Source: an uncultured Victivallaceae bacterium (lineage in GTDB: Bacteria > Verrucomicrobiota > Lentisphaeria > Victivallales > GWF2-50-93). Taken from it: DNA of 64,000 nt. The stretch covers positions 1,824 through 65,823 of the forward strand of contig CAZWRV010000003.1 in assembly GCA_964636325.1 (NCBI GenBank), in the 5' to 3' direction. The number at the start of each line of letters is the position of its first letter. The first letter of the stretch is position 1. Shown here piece after piece: positions 58,934 to 64,000 of this stretch. The notes beneath the pieces were generated by a model that saw only the letters and a list, made by a program, of their open reading frames with translations, was not told the origin of the DNA and did no database searches. The translations under genes were made by a program, and so were the position numbers.

Positions 58934-60907
58934 TTACACCAAGAACGCCTCGACGTCCAGTTCCGGTATCTGCAGGGCCAGCCGGCCGCCTGCAGTTTCT
59001 TCGGCCTTGACCCGGACAGTATCCTTCCCTGGCGAAAGAAGCTTTGACGGCCGCCATGCCCCCTTTCCCCTCGGCGGAAAGATCCTGATCCCGCGAACGG
59101 GGGTGTCAGAATAGTTCAGGAGTCCGACGGCAAACTTCCCTGCCTTGCTTTTACTGATGGAGCATTGGATGTGGGGCATGGGCGAAAAGACTTCCGGAAC
59201 GCCGGCGTCCGAAAGCATTTCCCTTATGATTTCCGCGATTTTCGCGGATGGAATCTCGCACGCCGGAGAGCCGTCCGGCATATGCAGCCCCCACGAGCCG
59301 GGGATCAGGACCGAGCCGTTTTTGCAGTTGAAAATCATCGAATCATGGCTGGCGTCCTCGAAGGAGTTGGAGAAGTCGGCTCCGAAGACATCCGCAAGCG
59401 CGTAGTTCCTGCGCATCCTCATCTTTTCGTCGTAGAGGCTTGACCGGCCGGTGGCCAGCACGCGCCCCCCGCCCTTCACGAATTTTCCGATCCTTGCAGC
59501 CTGGGAATCAGAGATCGGCAGGACGTTCGGAAGGATCAGCATCCTGATCCCGCTGAGGAGATCAAGCCGGTCGCTGAGGACATATCGGAACGGGATCTGA
59601 TTCTGCATCAGCAGTTGCGCCATGGAGTTCCGCGACTTGGCGTAGTCCGGTTCGTCGCCGAGCAGGGCTTCAAAGCTGTAGAGGATTCCGACCGCCGACG
59701 CGTCAGCGCTTCCGGAGAAAAGACGGCCGTTCGCGGCATACCATTCGCAGAGCTTCCGGTGTATCCTGCGGTAGCTGGAGTCCCGGACGATTATCGTATC
59801 CTCTCCGGCGTTTTCGCCGCGGAGCCCCCATGGGCCGCCGTATGCGTGGCCGCCGAACATCGCGCTTTCCGCGAAGCAGCGCCTCAGCTGGCGTTCGTCC
59901 GGAACCGCCGGGCGCGGATGCCTGCGGCTCATCTTCCCGAGACCGGCGCCGGGGACGACTTTTATCCCTGCAGCCTCGGCCAGCGACATCGTGAAGTGCT
60001 GGCTTGATATTTTCTCGTCCTCCCAGGCCGGGAAGAGATGGTTCTCCGCGTAGGTGAAGTCGAGAGGGGAAAGCGACGAAATCCAGTTCGCGTTCTCCAG
60101 GACATGCCTCTGCGGATTGCCGATTCCGATGTTCGCGGCCATCACCACGTCCGGCTTGAGCTTCCTCGCATGGCGGCATATCATTTCCAGGCTGCCCCTC
60201 ACCTCCTCGCAGCGGAACTTTATCCATTCCTGGAAGACCGGATCCCTCGGCCTTTCAGACCTTGGGATGCTGAGAGAAGAAACGTCCTTGACTCCGAGCT
60301 CGCGCCAAGGATCAGCGATTTTTTCAGCGAGCCATGCATTGAATTTCCTCTGGCATTCCGGACAATGGCAGCCGTCGGAATTAAGGTTGTCGATCCATAT
60401 GCCGTCCGCGCCGAACTCTACAGCCTTTTCAACGCATTTCAGTAGATACTCCCGGAAGCCCGGCTGGTTGGCGCACGGCTTGGCGCGCCAATACTGCGTT
60501 CCGTATTCGTAGGGATGGCCGTCGTGGTGGCTGTTCCAGTCCCTGCGATACCATTCGGCGGAGGACGGATCCTCGAGCTTGACCGTCTCGGGCATTATCG
60601 TCCCATACTGGATGTAGGTGAAGACCTTGACGCCGTGCCGGTGGAAGTTTTCGATGAGTCTTGCGGCCTCCCGCATCTCCTCGTCTTCGATTTCTATCCC
60701 GAACCCCTTGTAGAAATGCGTGGTGACCCAGTTGATTCCGGCATCCTTCAGCGCCCGAGCCGTCCTTTCCGATCCGAGCTTGCGCATCCATTCATCCGCC
60801 CATTCCGCGTTCCCCTCCTGCGCCTCGTGGAACCCGCCCAGCCTCCTGTAAAACTGCAGCGGCTCCCATCCGGCCCAGGTCCAGGACATTATGCTGTCGT
60901 ATGGCAT
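58934..60907 (-). CDS. GH42-like glycoside hydrolase (TIM barrel with a Cys cluster, plus a glutamine-amidotransferase-like domain), no signal peptide
   Basis: DGIWIDNLNSDGCHCPECQRKFNAWLAEK resembles the GH42 C-x-C-x-x-C zinc-site region. The overall length and domain order also fit. The assignment is tentative. Confidence 0.5.
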   Translation of the reverse strand: MPYDSIMSWTWAGWEPLQFYRRLGGFHEAQEGNAEWADEWMRKLGSERTARALKDAGINWVTTHFYKGFGIEIEDEEMREAARLIENFHRHGVKVFTYIQYGTIMPETVKLEDPSSAEWYRRDWNSHHDGHPYEYGTQYWRAKPCANQPGFREYLLKCVEKAVEFGADGIWIDNLNSDGCHCPECQRKFNAWLAEKIADPWRELGVKDVSSLSIPRSERPRDPVFQEWIKFRCEEVRGSLEMICRHARKLKPDVVMAANIGIGNPQRHVLENANWISSLSPLDFTYAENHLFPAWEDEKISSQHFTMSLAEAAGIKVVPGAGLGKMSRRHPRPAVPDERQLRRCFAESAMFGGHAYGGPWGLRGENAGEDTIIVRDSSYRRIHRKLCEWYAANGRLFSGSADASAVGILYSFEALLGDEPDYAKSRNSMAQLLMQNQIPFRYVLSDRLDLLSGIRMLILPNVLPISDSQAARIGKFVKGGGRVLATGRSSLYDEKMRMRRNYALADVFGADFSNSFEDASHDSMIFNCKNGSVLIPGSWGLHMPDGSPACEIPSAKIAEIIREMLSDAGVPEVFSPMPHIQCSISKSKAGKFAVGLLNYSDTPVRGIRIFPPRGKGAWRPSKLLSPGKDTVRVKAEETAGGRLALQIPELDVEAFLV

Positions 60908-60951
60908 ATATGCGAACTCCCCATATTATCGGTTCCTAAAAAGGCAAACCG

Positions 60952-61929
60952 CTATCGGCTTGCGGCGAGGCCGGTCCTGAGGCGTTCCAGGTTGGCGTCC
61001 ATGATCGAGATGAAGGTCGTGCCGTCCTGGAGCTCCTTCGCGCTGATGTTGTGGGCGCCGTGCAGGAGGAGGAGCTGAGCGCCTGTCTCTTCGGCAAGCG
61101 CCTTTGCGACGCGCGGATCTATCAGCTCCTCGTGGAAGATGTATTTCGCGCCGGACTGCCTCATGTTCTTTATCATCTCCGCAATGTCCTTGGGCGAGGG
61201 TTCGGCGTCCGGGGCGAATCCCTTGTATGGGGACTTGTGGCTGAGGCCGTAGCGCTTTGCGAGGTAGGCGAACGCGAAATGCCCGCCGTAGAAAATCGTC
61301 GCGCCCTTGCATTTCCCCAGCGTATCGCTGAACTTCCGGTCCAGTTCATCGAGCCTTTTCGCATAGTTTTCAGCGCGGGACTTGAAATATTCCGCGTCCT
61401 TGGATGATTTCTTCGACAGCGCCGACTCTATCTGCGAGACAATCTTCCTGCAGTTCGTGAAATCGAGCCAGTAATGCGGATCGATGCCGCCATGGTGCGA
61501 ATGCCCGCAGGTCTTATCGCTGCAGACATGGGCCTTCTTTTCATCTCCGGTATGCCCTTCATGGTCCTCGCCCTCGCACGAAAGGAGATCGGCCGCCTTG
61601 CTCGCATCTACAATCTCCCTGGGCCGCGCCTGAAGGCCGGCCAGTATTTCATCCATCCACGGCTCCATGCAGTCCCCGGCCCATAATATGACGTCGGCAT
61701 TGCCAAGCCTTATGATGTCCTGCGGCCTGGGCTCGAAGGAATGCGCCTCCACTCCGGGCGGCAGCAGCATGGAGACTTCAACTTTGTCCCCGCCGACTTC
61801 ACGGGTGAAGTCGAAGAGCGGAAAAATCGTCGCGACAGCCTTCAGCCTGCCGGAATCCTCGGCCGCCGATACGGGAGGAAGGAAGGCGAGAAGAAGGAAT
61901 GCAAAAATGATTTGTACCGTCGACCTCAT
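60952..61929 (-). CDS. ZnuA/TroA-type (cluster 9) metal-binding ABC substrate-binding protein with a His/Cys-rich loop
   Basis: It has a signal peptide, VATIFPLFDF, the loop CEGEDHEGHTGDEKKAHVCSDKTCGHSHHGGIDPHYWLD, and YIFHEELI. No cognate permease or ATPase gene is adjacent. Confidence 0.75.
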   Translation of the reverse strand: MRSTVQIIFAFLLLAFLPPVSAAEDSGRLKAVATIFPLFDFTREVGGDKVEVSMLLPPGVEAHSFEPRPQDIIRLGNADVILWAGDCMEPWMDEILAGLQARPREIVDASKAADLLSCEGEDHEGHTGDEKKAHVCSDKTCGHSHHGGIDPHYWLDFTNCRKIVSQIESALSKKSSKDAEYFKSRAENYAKRLDELDRKFSDTLGKCKGATIFYGGHFAFAYLAKRYGLSHKSPYKGFAPDAEPSPKDIAEMIKNMRQSGAKYIFHEELIDPRVAKALAEETGAQLLLLHGAHNISAKELQDGTTFISIMDANLERLRTGLAASR

Positions 61930-61935
61930 GGCGGG

Positions 61936-62550
61936 CTATTTCCTTATCTGGAAGACGCAAGTCGGGGCGAACATGTTGGGCATGAGCCTGGCGAGGAACG
62001 AGTTGGAGCTGCTTATCGGGATCTGCCGGACTATTGAAATGTCCTTGGCCCGGCATAGGAGCCTGAAGTCGCGGACGGTGGCAAGATGGATGTTGGGCGT
62101 CTCGAACCAGGGGGTGGGCAGCGTCTCCGTCACCGGCATCCTGCCTCCGAAGAGCAGCTGCAGCCTGACGTCGAGGCATCCGAAGTTGATGAAGCTTACG
62201 ACGCTGTTCCTGCCGACGCGCATCATCCCGTCGAGGAGGAGGTCCGGCCGGTTCACCGCCTGCAGTGTCTGGCTGAGCACGACGAAATCGAAGGACGCGT
62301 CGGGGAACTCTCGGAGGCCTTCGTTGAGATCGAGCTGGACGACGGGCACTCCGGCCCTGACGCAGTCCATAATCTTCTCCTGCGATATCTCGACCCCGCA
62401 TCCGGAGACGTTCTTCTCCTTCCTGAGGAGGTAGAGGAAGCTGCCGTCGCCGCAGCCGAGGTCGAGGACTCGCACGTCGGAGGGGATCAAGTCGTAGATC
62501 GCCGCGAGGTCGGGCCTCGACATAAGCTGTTTCCTGGCCTTGTCGGTCAT
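61936..62550 (-). CDS. metW: Methionine biosynthesis protein MetW (SAM-methyltransferase fold)
   Basis: It matches the MetW sequences I recall almost colinearly: VLDLGCGDGSFL, FDFVVLSQTLQAV, GRMPVTETLPTPWFETPNIHLATVRDF. The start is MTDKARK (62550) or MSRPDL (62523). Confidence 0.8.
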   Translation of the reverse strand: MTDKARKQLMSRPDLAAIYDLIPSDVRVLDLGCGDGSFLYLLRKEKNVSGCGVEISQEKIMDCVRAGVPVVQLDLNEGLREFPDASFDFVVLSQTLQAVNRPDLLLDGMMRVGRNSVVSFINFGCLDVRLQLLFGGRMPVTETLPTPWFETPNIHLATVRDFRLLCRAKDISIVRQIPISSSNSFLARLMPNMFAPTCVFQIRK

Positions 62551-62654
62551 ATGCCTCGTTTCCGTATATGAGGTTCTCCGAATCCCGCCGATACCTGCCG
62601 GCCCCTGACGGCGGCAATCCGACACTATCCACTATTCACTATTCACTGCCGGCT

Positions 62655-63533
62655 TCACCCCTGGTTCTTGAGGCCTTCGGCGCCGGAGATTATTTCGATG
62701 AGTTCGTTTGTTATGACGGCCTGCCTGGCGCGGTTCCGCAGAAGCGTGTACCTGTCGATCATGGCGTCAGCGTTCCTTGTGGCGTTGTCCATGGCGGTGA
62801 CTCTGGCGCTGTTCTCCCCGGCCGCGTTGACGAGCAGCGCGTAGTAGACTTCGAACTCCACGATCTTGGGGATCAGCATCGAGAGCAGTTCTGCGCGCGG
62901 CGGCTCGAAGATGAAGTTCGGGCTCAGCCTGTGCTCGCCGGGCTGTATCTTGCCTTCGTCGATAGGCAGGAGCTTCTGTATCTGGGGCTTCTGCGATATG
63001 GGGCTGATGAAGCTGTTGTAGACGAGGTTGACCTCGTCGAAGGCCCCCTTTGTGAAGTCCGTGGCCGCGTCGGCGGCGATCCTGGAGGCCTGGCTGAACA
63101 GCGGCTTCGCCGAATCGCCCTCGTAAGCGGAGCCCGACGGGAACTTTTTGCGGAAGGCCATGTGGCCCTTCCGGCCGAAGAACCGCAGTTCGAAGTCGTG
63201 CCTGACCTTCTGGAGCTGCAGGAAGTGGCGCTCGGCGAACCTGAGGAGGTTGTTGTTGAAGCCTCCGCACATGCCCCTGTCCGAGGTGATGACTATGAAG
63301 AGCGTCCTTCTGGGGGGCAGCCTGACTTCGAAAAGGGGGTGTGCCGACTGCTCGACTGACGCCATCAGGTGCGAGATGAGCTCGTGGACCCTGGCGGAGA
63401 AGATGCTTGCCTTGCGCTGGGCGTCCACGGCCTTGGTGAGCTTGCTCATCGCGACCATCTTCATGGTCTTGGTCATCTTCCTCGTATTTTTGAGGCTGAC
63501 GAGCCTGTTCTTGTATTCCTTCAGCGATGGCAT
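62655..63533 (-). CDS. atpG: F1 ATP synthase gamma subunit
   Basis: The N-terminus is MPSLKEYKNRLVSLKNTRKMTKTMKMVAMSKL and the C-terminus is RNRARQAVITNELIEIISGAE. Confidence 0.9.
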   Translation of the reverse strand: MPSLKEYKNRLVSLKNTRKMTKTMKMVAMSKLTKAVDAQRKASIFSARVHELISHLMASVEQSAHPLFEVRLPPRRTLFIVITSDRGMCGGFNNNLLRFAERHFLQLQKVRHDFELRFFGRKGHMAFRKKFPSGSAYEGDSAKPLFSQASRIAADAATDFTKGAFDEVNLVYNSFISPISQKPQIQKLLPIDEGKIQPGEHRLSPNFIFEPPRAELLSMLIPKIVEFEVYYALLVNAAGENSARVTAMDNATRNADAMIDRYTLLRNRARQAVITNELIEIISGAEGLKNQG

Positions 63534-63547
63534 GTGCGGCTGCCGCC

Positions 63548-64000
63548 TTAGTCGTTGTCGTTGAACCTGTTGCGGAATGAGTCCTTGAATTCGTGGAGAA
63601 CGGTGTCCAGCTCCTTCCTGATGGATTCGCTGAGCGCCCCGGACTGCGAGAGGGTCTTCATGACGCCCGCGTATGTGGTGTCGAGGGCGTCGAAAAGCTG
63701 TCGCTCAAATGTTCTGATCATCTTCACGGGGATGTCGTCCAGGAATCCGTTGACCCCCGCATAGATTATGACGACCTGCTTCATGACCGGGAGGATTTCG
63801 TGTACGCCCTGCTTCATGATCTCCATGAGGCGATGGCCGCGCTCGAGCTGCTTCCTTGTGGCGGCGTCGAGATCGGAGGCGAACTGCGAGAACGCCGCCA
63901 GCTCGCGGTACTGCGCCAGTTCGAGGCGGAGGGAGCCCGCGGTCTGCTTCATCGCCTTGATCTGGGCGTCGCCGCCGACGCGCGAGACGGAAAGTCCGGC
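63548..64000 (-). CDS. atpA: F1 ATP synthase alpha subunit, C-terminal part (gene continues beyond the window)
   Basis: The frame is open to base 64000. The sequence is AGLSVSRVGGDAQIKAMKQTAGSLRLELAQYRELAAFSQFASDLDAATRKQLERG. Confidence 0.9.
   Translation of the reverse strand, partial: AGLSVSRVGGDAQIKAMKQTAGSLRLELAQYRELAAFSQFASDLDAATRKQLERGHRLMEIMKQGVHEILPVMKQVVIIYAGVNGFLDDIPVKMIRTFERQLFDALDTTYAGVMKTLSQSGALSESIRKELDTVLHEFKDSFRNRFNDND

Overview
This is a high-GC bacterial chromosomal segment. Sampled 60-nt lines give about 68% G+C in typical genes. The gene content suggests a PVC-superphylum organism (Kiritimatiellota, Lentisphaerota or Verrucomicrobiota-like). That is an inference from prepilin-type H-X9-DG proteins, the sulfatase and glycosidase load, and an Akkermansia-type pilus-like operon. 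Layout: (a) 1-7440 is an accessory, decayed zone. It holds a 5-prime-partial giant surface protein whose last ~555 codons switch in frame to AT-rich sequence, and an AT-rich LTD-like ORF. It also holds a solitary HUH/Y1 (RAYT / IS200-like) transposase gene, a prepilin-like pseudogene broken over three frames, and a well codon-biased ORF with no start codon. A C9/G11 homopolymer inverted repeat completes it. (b) 7445-19914 is a glycan-utilisation locus on the minus strand. It runs LacI regulator, H-X9-DG prepilin-like protein, large clan GH-A hydrolase, CBM-like protein, binding-protein/permease fusion, long-loop permease. No ATPase gene is present, and an MFS transporter lies convergent to it. 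(c) 20478-28608 holds thrC translationally overlapped by a zinc-ribbon Ser/Thr kinase, a Sel1-repeat protein, a hypothetical, family-4 UDG, tRNA-Ser(GGA) and an M24 peptidase. (d) 29164-32831 holds a sulfatase and a GH2 enzyme, both without signal peptides. (e) 33090-41546 holds tig-clpP-clpX extended by a GYF/RDD membrane protein and a FliB/YkgJ-like Cys-cluster protein, then an FHA protein and ftsH. (f) 41652-52773 is a tight seven-gene operon: two paralogous small exported proteins, a PilM-PilN-like fusion, two bitopic proteins and two tandem secretins. It contains no pilin, ATPase or platform gene. (g) 52958-64000 holds GT2, ACP, YihY, ftsW, murG, hypB, a GH42-like enzyme, a ZnuA-like protein, metW, atpG and partial atpA. 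I saw no rRNA, CRISPR array, prophage or integrase. Palindrome-rich dispersed repeats occur in several intergenic regions. All functional calls come from motif recognition by eye; no database search was possible.
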